64,000 bases of DNA from Promethearchaeota archaeon (lineage in GTDB: Archaea; Asgardarchaeota; Lokiarchaeia; Sigyniarchaeales; SOKP01), in assembly GCA_048939015.1 (NCBI GenBank), contig JBHLPW010000022.1, positions 1 through 64,000 on the forward strand, in the 5' to 3' direction. The notes below the pieces were generated by a model, which did not search any database, was not told the origin of the DNA, and saw only the letters and a program-made list of their open reading frames with translations. Below, piece after piece: positions 32,319-41,733 of the stretch. The position numbers and the translations under genes were made by a program. Position 1 is the first letter of the stretch. The number at the start of each line of letters is the position of its first letter.

Positions 32319-33818
32319 TTGACATCCATTGAAAAATCAAAAGAAACTGAATTAATCTACGATAATTTACTTGAAATTATTGATGTAGGATTTTATCAGG
32401 TAACATTAGATGGCGAGATGCTTAATCATAATAGGGCTCATAACATTATTTTAGGATATGATCCATCAGAAAACTTACAATCTAAAGATGTAAGACTTTT
32501 TTGGCAAAATCCAAAAGACCGGAAGAAATATGTGGAGAATATAATAAAGCATGGATTTACGAAAAATTATATTTGTCATGCCTTAAAAAAAGATGGGACA
32601 AAAATCATTGTAGAGTTAAATTCACGTCTAATTAGAGACGAAAAAGGAGTCCCTATAAGAATTGATGGAACCTTTATAGATGTAACAGAACGTTTTAATT
32701 TGGAAAAGCAATTATTAGAATCAGAAGAGAAATATCGATTAATTTCTGAGACGGCATATGATTTAATTGGTATATTGAATAATAAATTTAAATATGAATA
32801 TATTAATGAAACAGCTTTTCTTCAAATATTGGGATATTCAAGAGAAGATCTTATTGGAAAGTCTGCATTAGAATTCACACATCCAAACGATGTTGTAAAC
32901 ACTTCTAATGCGTTAATAAATGGATTCAAGCACGGTGAAGGCTCAGCAGAATTGAGATTTAGGCATAAGCAAGGTCATTGGGTGTGGATTGAAGCAAAAG
33001 GTAAGACATTTAATGATAAAGACGGAAAATTAAAAGCTATTGTAATCTCAAGAGACATCACTGAACGTAAATTAGCGAATGAGGAGTTAAAAAAATCTGA
33101 AAAAAAATATAGAGAAGCTTATGATATAGCTAATTTTTATAAGGATTTATTTGCTCACGATATAAATAATATTCTCCAAATTATTAGCTCTTCAACTGAG
33201 CTTATAGATTATCATCTCGATGAAACTGATAAATCCAATTCTATTAAAGAAATTGGTAATATTATTAAAAGGCAGGTAGAAAGGGGTGCTAAGCTAGTTA
33301 ATAATGTGCATACTTTATCTAAACTTAAAGAGAAAGAAACACATATTTGTCCCACCGAAATTTGTCCTCTGATGAGTAATTCAATAGATTTCATCACTAA
33401 AACATTCAACGACAGAAAAATTACTGTTAATTTAATCTGTGATCAAGATCATCTAAAGGTGAATGCAAATGAGCTCCTTCAAGAAGTTTTTGAAAATATT
33501 TTAATTAACAGTGTTAGATATAATGAAAATCACACTGTTGATATAAATATTATAATAACGAAAGTCCATATAGAGGGGAAAAAATGCATCAAATTTGAAT
33601 TTAGAGATAATGGTATTGGGGTGCCAGATGATAGAAAACAAATTATATTTAAACATGGAAATAGAAATTTAAAAGGTGTGAAGGGAATGGGATTAGGGCT
33701 TTCACTTGTTAAGAAAATTCTTAAAACTTTTAACGGTAAGATCTGGGTTGAAGATAAGGTGAATGGAGATTTTGCTCAAGGAAGTAATTTTATTTTCATA
33801 TTGCCAGAATTGATTTAA
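32319..33818 (+). CDS. two-PAS sensor histidine kinase
   Basis: PAS/PAC x2; AHDINN, NILINSVRY, DNGIG, GMGLGL. Confidence 0.93.
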   Translation: MTSIEKSKETELIYDNLLEIIDVGFYQVTLDGEMLNHNRAHNIILGYDPSENLQSKDVRLFWQNPKDRKKYVENIIKHGFTKNYICHALKKDGTKIIVELNSRLIRDEKGVPIRIDGTFIDVTERFNLEKQLLESEEKYRLISETAYDLIGILNNKFKYEYINETAFLQILGYSREDLIGKSALEFTHPNDVVNTSNALINGFKHGEGSAELRFRHKQGHWVWIEAKGKTFNDKDGKLKAIVISRDITERKLANEELKKSEKKYREAYDIANFYKDLFAHDINNILQIISSSTELIDYHLDETDKSNSIKEIGNIIKRQVERGAKLVNNVHTLSKLKEKETHICPTEICPLMSNSIDFITKTFNDRKITVNLICDQDHLKVNANELLQEVFENILINSVRYNENHTVDINIIITKVHIEGKKCIKFEFRDNGIGVPDDRKQIIFKHGNRNLKGVKGMGLGLSLVKKILKTFNGKIWVEDKVNGDFAQGSNFIFILPELI

Positions 33819-33941
33819 TTTATAAAGTAATTTATAAATATTTCAATTCCAGATACAAATCTATCAAAAATTATGAATGGAAATAAGGTCGAAATTTTTG
33901 GCAATTCCTAAATTTCTAAATAAAAAGTAAATTTAAATTTA

Positions 33942-35024
33942 TTATTTGAAAAGCGATTGAATAAATTCTCCAATCTTTTGAATAGCGTCTTTTGCTTCAG
34001 GTAAATTATGCAATCCAAATCCTTGAAAGACATGAATAGTATCATTCCATTCCTGTAATGTAGCACTAACACCCGCAGCTTTAGCTCGCTCAATAAATCG
34101 TGTGGAATGGTCATATAACATTTCACTAGTACTTACTTGGATTAGAATTGGAGGCAATCCTTTTAATTCTGCTTGAACAGGTGAAATATATGGATTGTTG
34201 GGATCTGCTCCTGCTAAGAAAGCCGTAGTCCACCAGAAAATTCCTATATCTGCTAAAACTGGATCTGTTTTTGCATTTTCATAAAATGTGACACTTTCGC
34301 CGGTAAAATCAGTGGCAGGGGATAATGCTACCGCTCCTGCAGGCAGTGAAATTCCCTCATCTCGTAATTTTACTAATGTAGTTAGTGTTAAATTACCTCC
34401 AGCTGAATCTCCAGCAACTATGATATTTTCTGCTTTAAATCCTTGAGAAAGAAGCCATTTATAAGCATTTATTGCATCTTCTAATGGAGCGGGAAAAGAA
34501 TGTTCAGGAGCAAGGCGATAATCAATACTTAAAACTCGCATTTTGGTAAGTTTGGCAATTTCTATCGTTAAAGCTCTATGAGATTTAGGAGACATTAACA
34601 CATATCCACCACCATGAAAATAAAGAATCACCTTATTTTCATTAGCTCCAGGTACAGTTTGCCATTCAGCAGGAACTCCTCCAACATCAATTTCTTCAAT
34701 TATAACGTCTTCTGGAAGGGGAAATTTTTCTAATTCACATTCTATATAATAATCTACAGCAAAACGGAAAAAATTCGCCAGTAATCTCAACTCCTCATCA
34801 GTGAAAAAACCATAAAAATCATCAATACTTCCTTCATTCTTCGATAATATATTAAAGAACTTCTCATTACCTTCTGTTATTCTTTGCATATACGCTTGAA
34901 GGTTAAACCCTTTATTTTCTTCGATTTTAAGGAATTCTATAGCCCCCTTTAATTGAATTTTTTGCATCTCATCAGTGGCTTTAAGAATTTCAGGCCTAAT
35001 TTTTGATCTGTCTAATATTGTCAT
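33942..35024 (-). CDS. HSL-family alpha/beta hydrolase (esterase) with N-terminal extension
   Basis: HGGG, YRLAPE, GDSAG, HVFQ. Confidence 0.92.
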   Translation of the reverse strand: MTILDRSKIRPEILKATDEMQKIQLKGAIEFLKIEENKGFNLQAYMQRITEGNEKFFNILSKNEGSIDDFYGFFTDEELRLLANFFRFAVDYYIECELEKFPLPEDVIIEEIDVGGVPAEWQTVPGANENKVILYFHGGGYVLMSPKSHRALTIEIAKLTKMRVLSIDYRLAPEHSFPAPLEDAINAYKWLLSQGFKAENIIVAGDSAGGNLTLTTLVKLRDEGISLPAGAVALSPATDFTGESVTFYENAKTDPVLADIGIFWWTTAFLAGADPNNPYISPVQAELKGLPPILIQVSTSEMLYDHSTRFIERAKAAGVSATLQEWNDTIHVFQGFGLHNLPEAKDAIQKIGEFIQSLFK

Positions 35025-35167
35025 GCTAATTTCGTTCTCTTTATCAAATATTTAGAGATTAAGATATCTTAATTATTCTTACTTATTTTAAGATTGCTTT
35101 AAAATTATTTAAAACAATATTTAAAAAAAAAAGAAATAAATAGTATTTATAATATTTTTATTTTTGA

Positions 35168-35380
35168 TTAGACTATTTTCATTGCCAAGTCCATATCTTC
35201 TAAGGTTAATTTCTTACGTCCTGCATGTCGGGTCATTTCAAGAGCTTTATTGGTCATACCTTTAGCTAACTTCTCTAAATAATCAATTAAAGCATCAACA
35301 GCATCTCTAGCAACCATTTCAGCACCATTGTCTTTCATCAATTTTCGTACTGGACTCCAGGCAAATACTTTTTTTGCCAT
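35168..35380 (-). CDS. archaeal histone (HMf-type)
   Basis: 70 aa; PVRKLMK..GAEMV..DA...HAGRKKL..ED histone-fold signature; GGAGG SD. Confidence 0.93.
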   Translation of the reverse strand: MAKKVFAWSPVRKLMKDNGAEMVARDAVDALIDYLEKLAKGMTNKALEMTRHAGRKKLTLEDMDLAMKIV

Positions 35381-35790
35381 TTTATTATTCCTCCACTTTT
35401 TATTATTGAATATAGGTTATTAAAGTTCATATTATTTAGTATGAACTTTATTATATTATAATATTTCTTTCAAATATTTAAAACTTGCGTAAGATTTTCG
35501 ATAGAGTATGTTTTGGTTAATAATTTCATCCAATCGACAAAATAGCGATGTCTGAGAAGAAAAGCGGTAAAACTAGTTTTGAGCTGATAGATCAGAGATC
35601 TCTATCGAACTTATATCGAGCAAGATCATTACATTAAGGTTAACTTCCAAATAGATTCATATTAATTCTTAATTTTTATATTTTATTAATTGATTAATTT
35701 ATTTAATCTAAAATTAAGTTAATATGATCTCTTTGACATAAAATAAGAATTGGAATATCTTATTAAGTCAATATATATAAGATGAATTAA

Positions 35791-36066
35791 TTATATTTTG
35801 CTTAATGTTATTAAAGATTGTTTTTTTGTTAATTGAATTAATAAAAAATCAATCAAATCTTCGTTATCAGGAACGTCTAATTGTATTAATCTTTGCTTTA
35901 GTGTATCCTTTATAACAGATTTAAATTCGATGAAATCAATTTCATTTATCGATTTAAAAGGTCCTAATTTGTCTTTAATAGCTAATTTCAATAAACCTCT
36001 AGCTGCTGGAGCACTGATATTTATTTGATCAGCTATAAAATCGCCCAAAAATCTAATTATTTCTAT
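35791..36066 (-). CDS. small helical hypothetical protein overlapping the upstream 7TM gene, probable ATA start
   Basis: Frame reads (I)EIIRFLGDFIADQINISAPAARGLLKLAIKD...; GAGGAGG lies 6 nt before ATA 36066; the track TTG at 36048 has no SD at the usual distance. Confidence 0.65.
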   Translation of the reverse strand: MEIIRFLGDFIADQINISAPAARGLLKLAIKDKLGPFKSINEIDFIEFKSVIKDTLKQRLIQLDVPDNEDLIDFLLIQLTKKQSLITLSKI

Positions 36067-36856
36067 TAGAATCCTCCTCAGTAATCTGTTTTCTAATTAA
36101 AGCCATTAATTCTTCTTCGGTATATTCTTTTTCTTCTATTATATTATATCCTTTATTTAGAAATCTTTTAAACCATTTTGGTATAAACCATGTCAACGAA
36201 AATCCAATTGCAAAAATAATTGCGAAAACAGAGATAATCCCAAACACTATAAAGCTTCTTATATCATTAGGATCTCCAAAATCTACATTCCAAGGTTGAA
36301 AAAAGAAAGGAATGTTATGGAAACTAAAAAAAAATGTAATGAATGAGAGTATTTTATATCTGGTCTTTACCCAAGGTTCTATATCTAGAACTCTAATTTC
36401 TTTATATGCCGAAAAAGTTGACCAAGCCATCCAATTGAAAACTATAAATCTATTTAATGTATCTTGAGTAACATTTAAATAAAAGGTGTAATCTGATACA
36501 ATAGCCATTGAAAAAAAGGCTAAGCCAGTTTCAAGAAAGAAATTTATTACAGTTATAATCAGAATAAATGTAGGAAGTTTAGATTTTCGGTCTCTATGAA
36601 ATATCATATTAGTAAAAACAACAACTAATATAAAACCAAACGAGAGAATCATTCGAGTAACTAACAAATTAAAATCAAATAATTGTCTGCCAATTTGTGA
36701 AATTGCTGCTATAATAAGTGCTATCCCACCATAGATAAGACTTTTTAATTTAGTTTGATATGCTCGGACTAAAAAGAAAATACCAACTACAATAAATGAT
36801 CCAACCCATATAATTAAAAATAATTGAAAAACTAGAAAAATACCTATTTGGAACAT
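36053..36856 (-). CDS. seven-TM membrane protein of unknown function
   Basis: Seven hydrophobic segments, then PKWFKRFLN amphipathic helix and an acidic tail. Confidence 0.75.
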   Translation of the reverse strand: MFQIGIFLVFQLFLIIWVGSFIVVGIFFLVRAYQTKLKSLIYGGIALIIAAISQIGRQLFDFNLLVTRMILSFGFILVVVFTNMIFHRDRKSKLPTFILIITVINFFLETGLAFFSMAIVSDYTFYLNVTQDTLNRFIVFNWMAWSTFSAYKEIRVLDIEPWVKTRYKILSFITFFFSFHNIPFFFQPWNVDFGDPNDIRSFIVFGIISVFAIIFAIGFSLTWFIPKWFKRFLNKGYNIIEEKEYTEEELMALIRKQITEEDSNRNN

Positions 36857-37011
36857 CTAAAATATCTCACAATTTCAATTTATAATAATATTTATCTTGC
36901 TATTTACCTATTTAAGAATATCGATTGATATATTTTAAAAAAAAATGCTTATCAAATAAGATTAAAACTTTTCTTACCTATTTTGTAGTTAATTTGAAAT
37001 GTATATTCTAT

Positions 37012-37587
37012 TCAGAGAATTTTTCGCATCACATAATAATCCTTAAATTCCTTATAGATAGAAAATCCTTCAGAGAGATATAATGAAACAGGTCCCCGAT
37101 AACTATGAGCATCGGATAATTTCTCTCCTTTTCTAGGATATACTTCAAATATTTTATACCCATTATCTTTCGTATCCGAACAAGCATGTCGTAAAAGGGA
37201 TCGTGCTATTCCTTGTTTTCTGTATGAAGGAGCAACCACAAAACAAATTAAAGATGCAATTTTATTCTGAGCCTTTTCCTTGAAAGGTATTTTTGCATAA
37301 TTTTCTTTAGAATTAACATTACACCATCCAACTGGTTTTTCATCTATATAAACAAGATAACCATTCATCTTACGAGAAAGGATTAATTTCTCTGAAGAAT
37401 TTCTATTCTCCTCAGCTGTTCTTTTAAAAAATTGTTTAGGTTTACCAGGAAAGTGATAAAAGTGACAATAACAAGTAGCCCAATCAGGATTATCTGAAAA
37501 AGCAATATTATCAAAGTAGTATAAAAAATCTTCAAGAGTATCGGGCGATAAAGCCCTTATCTTAATATCAGCTTCTTTATTCTCCAT
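37012..37587 (-). CDS. GNAT family N-acetyltransferase
   Basis: CYC, PVGWC, CFVVAPSYRKQGIA (motif A), EVYP, Y..EGF. Confidence 0.9.
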   Translation of the reverse strand: MENKEADIKIRALSPDTLEDFLYYFDNIAFSDNPDWATCYCHFYHFPGKPKQFFKRTAEENRNSSEKLILSRKMNGYLVYIDEKPVGWCNVNSKENYAKIPFKEKAQNKIASLICFVVAPSYRKQGIARSLLRHACSDTKDNGYKIFEVYPRKGEKLSDAHSYRGPVSLYLSEGFSIYKEFKDYYVMRKIL

Positions 37588-37611
37588 ATGTAAAGGAATT
37601 GATATTCTTTA

Positions 37612-39171
37612 TTAATATTTATTATCTATGGCAGAAAGCATAACTTTTAATTGATCGAATACATCTAAACGAAAATCAAATCCAATTCTAAAAAATAATA
37701 AATCTATCACATCTTTATCGATATGTTCATCGACATTTAATTGATCTATTATCTCTGACCAATTACTACTTTCTGCAGCGCGAACTCCGATTAAAATTAC
37801 AACATTTTCTTTAACATTTTCAACAATTTTTAAAATAGTCTCTCTAAAATTGGGACTTATCTGTTCTTGAGAACGAATATCAAAGATACAAAAGATTCCA
37901 TCAGAACTTGAAATATCATCAAGAGCTGTAAATTCATGTTGCTTGAGAATCATTCCATTTGTGTATTGGAAGACCTGTTCATCATCATAATCTCTTACGA
38001 GTGATTTTTCTCCAAGTTTACTTATTCTTGTAATGATTTGTAGTCCAGGACTCCAAGCCGAACTTTCAGTTATAAAAGATAAAGTAAAAACAATTTTTTT
38101 CTTAAGTATAGAGTTAATAATATTAAGTAATATTTCATTACGCCTTTCATCTTCGATCTCTTTACTTTTCATCACGTAATGATAAGATATTAAGTTGAAT
38201 GCATCTTCAACATTACTTCCCGATAATGCACTTGTTTCAATATACGATAATTTTATTTTTTCACCTGCTGAAAGTTTATTTGCTAATCGAGCACCTTCTT
38301 GATAGAAAACTTTTCTTCCTTCTTCCAAATCCGATTTATTTCCAACTATTACAATTGGTATATCTTCTCCTAATGTAAATTGTTTTAGTTCTTCATACCA
38401 ATTATTTATATTTTCAAATGATTCACGATTACTTAGATCATACACAATAAACGCAGCCTGAGCTCCTAAATAATAGACTTTTCGAAATCTTTTAAAATAT
38501 TTCTGAGCGCCTAAGTCATACAAACTTACACCTATTTTATTTCCAAAGAATTCAAATTCATGAGATAAAATATTAATACCAATAGTAGCTCTATAATCTG
38601 TTGTATATCTTTTTTCAACGAATCTACGAATAATAGATGTTTTTCCAACTTCATGATCTCCCAAGATTACGAATTTAAAGCGATATTCACCATTTACTCC
38701 TAACTCCATCTGATAAAGCTGATTCTTCAACCTTTCTACATTGCCTGCTTCATATTCAAAATTAGGAATTGATATTTGAATTAAAACATCCTCTTCAGCA
38801 GTAAGAATTTGGGCGGTTTTTTCTGCTAAGAAAAATCCATAAGGAGAAATTTTTTCTATTGAAGCCATATTATCTAAAACTAAGCTTAAAATTCTTTCTT
38901 CATCAACAGAGATAAACAAAAGGCGGTGTTCCTCTGTATCAAAACTTGCATTCCCAAATTTTTGAAATTCAAATTCATTACGCATTCGTTCTAAAATGGG
39001 ATTAATTATAGAGGTTAAGACCGAAACAAGTTCCATATCAATATCTTTTCGTTTTTCTCCCGCAATAATTAATCCTTCAGAATCAGATACAATCACAGAC
39101 TCAATTTCATTATTTTTTTGTAAGAATTCACTAAATAATTCTTTAAATAGTTTATTTTTTTGTATTACCAT
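37612..39171 (-). CDS. roadblock domain + Rab-like small GTPase + degenerate second G-like domain
   Basis: ESVIVSDSEGLIIA roadblock; G1 GDHEVGKTS, G2 ATIG, G3 DLGAQ, G4 NKSD, G5 ETSAL. Confidence 0.9.
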   Translation of the reverse strand: MVIQKNKLFKELFSEFLQKNNEIESVIVSDSEGLIIAGEKRKDIDMELVSVLTSIINPILERMRNEFEFQKFGNASFDTEEHRLLFISVDEERILSLVLDNMASIEKISPYGFFLAEKTAQILTAEEDVLIQISIPNFEYEAGNVERLKNQLYQMELGVNGEYRFKFVILGDHEVGKTSIIRRFVEKRYTTDYRATIGINILSHEFEFFGNKIGVSLYDLGAQKYFKRFRKVYYLGAQAAFIVYDLSNRESFENINNWYEELKQFTLGEDIPIVIVGNKSDLEEGRKVFYQEGARLANKLSAGEKIKLSYIETSALSGSNVEDAFNLISYHYVMKSKEIEDERRNEILLNIINSILKKKIVFTLSFITESSAWSPGLQIITRISKLGEKSLVRDYDDEQVFQYTNGMILKQHEFTALDDISSSDGIFCIFDIRSQEQISPNFRETILKIVENVKENVVILIGVRAAESSNWSEIIDQLNVDEHIDKDVIDLLFFRIGFDFRLDVFDQLKVMLSAIDNKY

Positions 39172-39321
39172 AAAACATTCTCCTTATGTATATTATATCC
39201 AAATGATCTTCTTCATATTATTATAATGAATTATTAACATCTGGTTTTTTATTATTATTGATTATTAATTATCAATTAATTATATCCCTTGGTCAATTAA
39301 GTTTTTTAATTTGTATCGCTT

Positions 39322-40908
39322 CTAAAGATATTTAATGGTATTTAACATAACCTTTAATTGATCATAAATTTCTAGTCTATATTCGAGTCCTATTTTGAAG
39401 AATAATAATGATACCATTTTCTGTTCCAATAATTCGTTAACATTAAAATCTTCCATGATTACTGACCAATCGCTTTTATCTGATACTCTAATCCCTATTA
39501 GTACCACTTTATTCTCATCAATTTCATTTATAATTTTTTCAACGACTTTCTTCCAATCGGGAATGATATGTTCCCTATCCCGAGCGTCAAAAATGCAGAA
39601 AACGCCATCAGAATTAGAAACGTTAAAACGAGTATAGAGAAAATTTTTCACTATCACTCTATTTGAAAATTTATATACTTTTTCATCGTTTTCATCCTTT
39701 AATTTTTCACATTCATTTGGTAAATTGATTTCTGAGAGAATTTGTAAACCAGGACTCCAAAATTCATTCTCTGATATAACTGTTAAGGTTAATAAGGGGC
39801 TTTGTTCATCAATTTCTTGCTTTCTTTTAGTAATAATAGAATTAAGTTCATCTATTAGATCCTTCTTAACCACTTTTTCTTCTTCTTCTTTACTTTTAGA
39901 TATATAGTGATAAGCTATTAATGTAAAAGCATCTTCTACATTTTCACCAGATAAAGCACTAGTTTCAATATATGAAATTTTTATGTTAGGTTTTTTGGAT
40001 AACTCATTTACAAGCTCAACACCATCTTGATAATCTACAGTCCGTTGATCAATTAAATCAGTTTTGTTTCCAATAATTATAATTGGAATTTCTCTACCAC
40101 CAATGAATTCTTCTAATTCAACATACCACTGTTTAACATTATTAAATGACTCTCTATTCGTCAGATCAAAAACAATAAACGCAGCTTGTGTACCCAAATA
40201 ATATGTTTGCCGAAATCTTTTGAAATAGACTTGAGCTCCGACGTCCCATAAACTGTAAATAATCTCATTTCCAAAAAATTCAATGGAATGAGATAGAATA
40301 TTTAAGCCGATAGTGGCACGATAATCATGAGAAAATTTATTTTCAACAAATCGACGTACTAAAGATGTTTTGCCTACTTCGTGATCGCCAATAATAACAA
40401 ATTTAAACCGATATTTGCCTCCATGATCTAATCTCATTTGATAGATTTGGTTTTTCACTCTATCATGATGCAATGCTTCATCGGTTTCATATTCAAAATT
40501 CGGAATAGCAAGTTGAATGTTATCACCCTCCTCTGCATTTAAAATTTGAACTGATTTTTCTGCTAGTAGATAGGCGTATGGACTAGCTTTATCTATAGAT
40601 GCCAGATTATTTAATACTACACTGAGAGTTCTACTCTCATCTAAAGATATAAATAGGAGTCTGTAGAATTCTGTATCAAAACTAGCCGTACCGAACTTTT
40701 TGAACATAAATTCATTGCGAATTCTTTCTACAATCGGATGTATAATAGATGTTAAAACTGATACAATTTCCATATCCACATCGCTTCTTTTTTCCCCAGC
40801 TATAACTAATCCTTGTTGATCACTTACTATTACAGCTTCTACATCATTATTCCGTTCTAAGAATTGGTTGAATAATTCACTAAAGAGCTCATTTCTATTT
40901 ATTGTCAT
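39322..40908 (-). CDS. roadblock domain + Rab-like small GTPase + degenerate second G-like domain (paralog of the downstream gene)
   Basis: EAVIVSDQQGLVIA; GDHEVGKTS, ATIG, WDVGAQ, NKTD, ETSAL. Confidence 0.9.
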   Translation of the reverse strand: MTINRNELFSELFNQFLERNNDVEAVIVSDQQGLVIAGEKRSDVDMEIVSVLTSIIHPIVERIRNEFMFKKFGTASFDTEFYRLLFISLDESRTLSVVLNNLASIDKASPYAYLLAEKSVQILNAEEGDNIQLAIPNFEYETDEALHHDRVKNQIYQMRLDHGGKYRFKFVIIGDHEVGKTSLVRRFVENKFSHDYRATIGLNILSHSIEFFGNEIIYSLWDVGAQVYFKRFRQTYYLGTQAAFIVFDLTNRESFNNVKQWYVELEEFIGGREIPIIIIGNKTDLIDQRTVDYQDGVELVNELSKKPNIKISYIETSALSGENVEDAFTLIAYHYISKSKEEEEKVVKKDLIDELNSIITKRKQEIDEQSPLLTLTVISENEFWSPGLQILSEINLPNECEKLKDENDEKVYKFSNRVIVKNFLYTRFNVSNSDGVFCIFDARDREHIIPDWKKVVEKIINEIDENKVVLIGIRVSDKSDWSVIMEDFNVNELLEQKMVSLLFFKIGLEYRLEIYDQLKVMLNTIKYL

Positions 40909-41094
40909 AAATTTTTACACTTAGTATATTTTTTATTGGTCTTCTTTTCCTTATAATACCTATAAAAAAAGTTATTTTTATTATTTATTAAATCAATGTT
41001 CTGAAAAACATATTTTTATAAAGAGCTATTTTTGTTAATTTATTATATTATACATTGAGTACTGAATAACTTCAAAAGATTAGGGGAGAATTTA

Positions 41095-41679
41095 ATGCCT
41101 TCTTGTATAATTTGTCATTTAAACATTAATGAACACACAGATTCTTTTAAGTCCTGTAAAAATTTACATCTTGTTCATAAAACATGTCTTGCAGAGTGGT
41201 TATTGCATTCACATAGTTGCCCATTATGTAGTGAGCCATACTCTCAGGATATAATTGATCAGTTCAAAGATTATAAAGATAAGAAGGAACAAGAGAAACA
41301 AGCTGCTTTAGAAAAGAAGTTAGAAGAAGAATCACAAATGAAGATGCAAGCTGTTGCAGATAAAATCTTATTTCTTAAATTTATGGAGTCTATTGAACAG
41401 TTGATTGATGAAGAAAAGTTCAATGAAGCAATAGAAAAACTTTTAGATTTATATAATGAAAATTCTATTGATGAGAAGAATTTAAAAACACTTTTCCTCT
41501 TAGGAAAAGCCAACTATCTTAAAGGGCGATATGATATGACAATTAATTTTTTATTTAAATTAGTAAAAATTAAATATGATTATCCCGATGGTTTTTTATA
41601 TCTAGGTAAAGCTTACGAAAAATTAGGTCTTAAAGATAAAGCTCAGTGGGCTTTTGATAGAATTAAAGATAGCAAATAA
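41095..41679 (+). CDS. RING-H2 finger + coiled coil + TPR protein (candidate E3 ligase)
   Basis: C4,C7,C21,H25,H28,C31,W35,C42-P,C45 form a C3H2C3 pattern; two TPR-like repeats (LGKANYLKGRYD.., LGKAYEKLG..A). Confidence 0.85.
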   Translation: MPSCIICHLNINEHTDSFKSCKNLHLVHKTCLAEWLLHSHSCPLCSEPYSQDIIDQFKDYKDKKEQEKQAALEKKLEEESQMKMQAVADKILFLKFMESIEQLIDEEKFNEAIEKLLDLYNENSIDEKNLKTLFLLGKANYLKGRYDMTINFLFKLVKIKYDYPDGFLYLGKAYEKLGLKDKAQWAFDRIKDSK

Positions 41680-41733
41680 ATTTATTATTCTATACCTTAC
41701 AATTATTAATGTAATCTGCTTACTTTCATCGAA

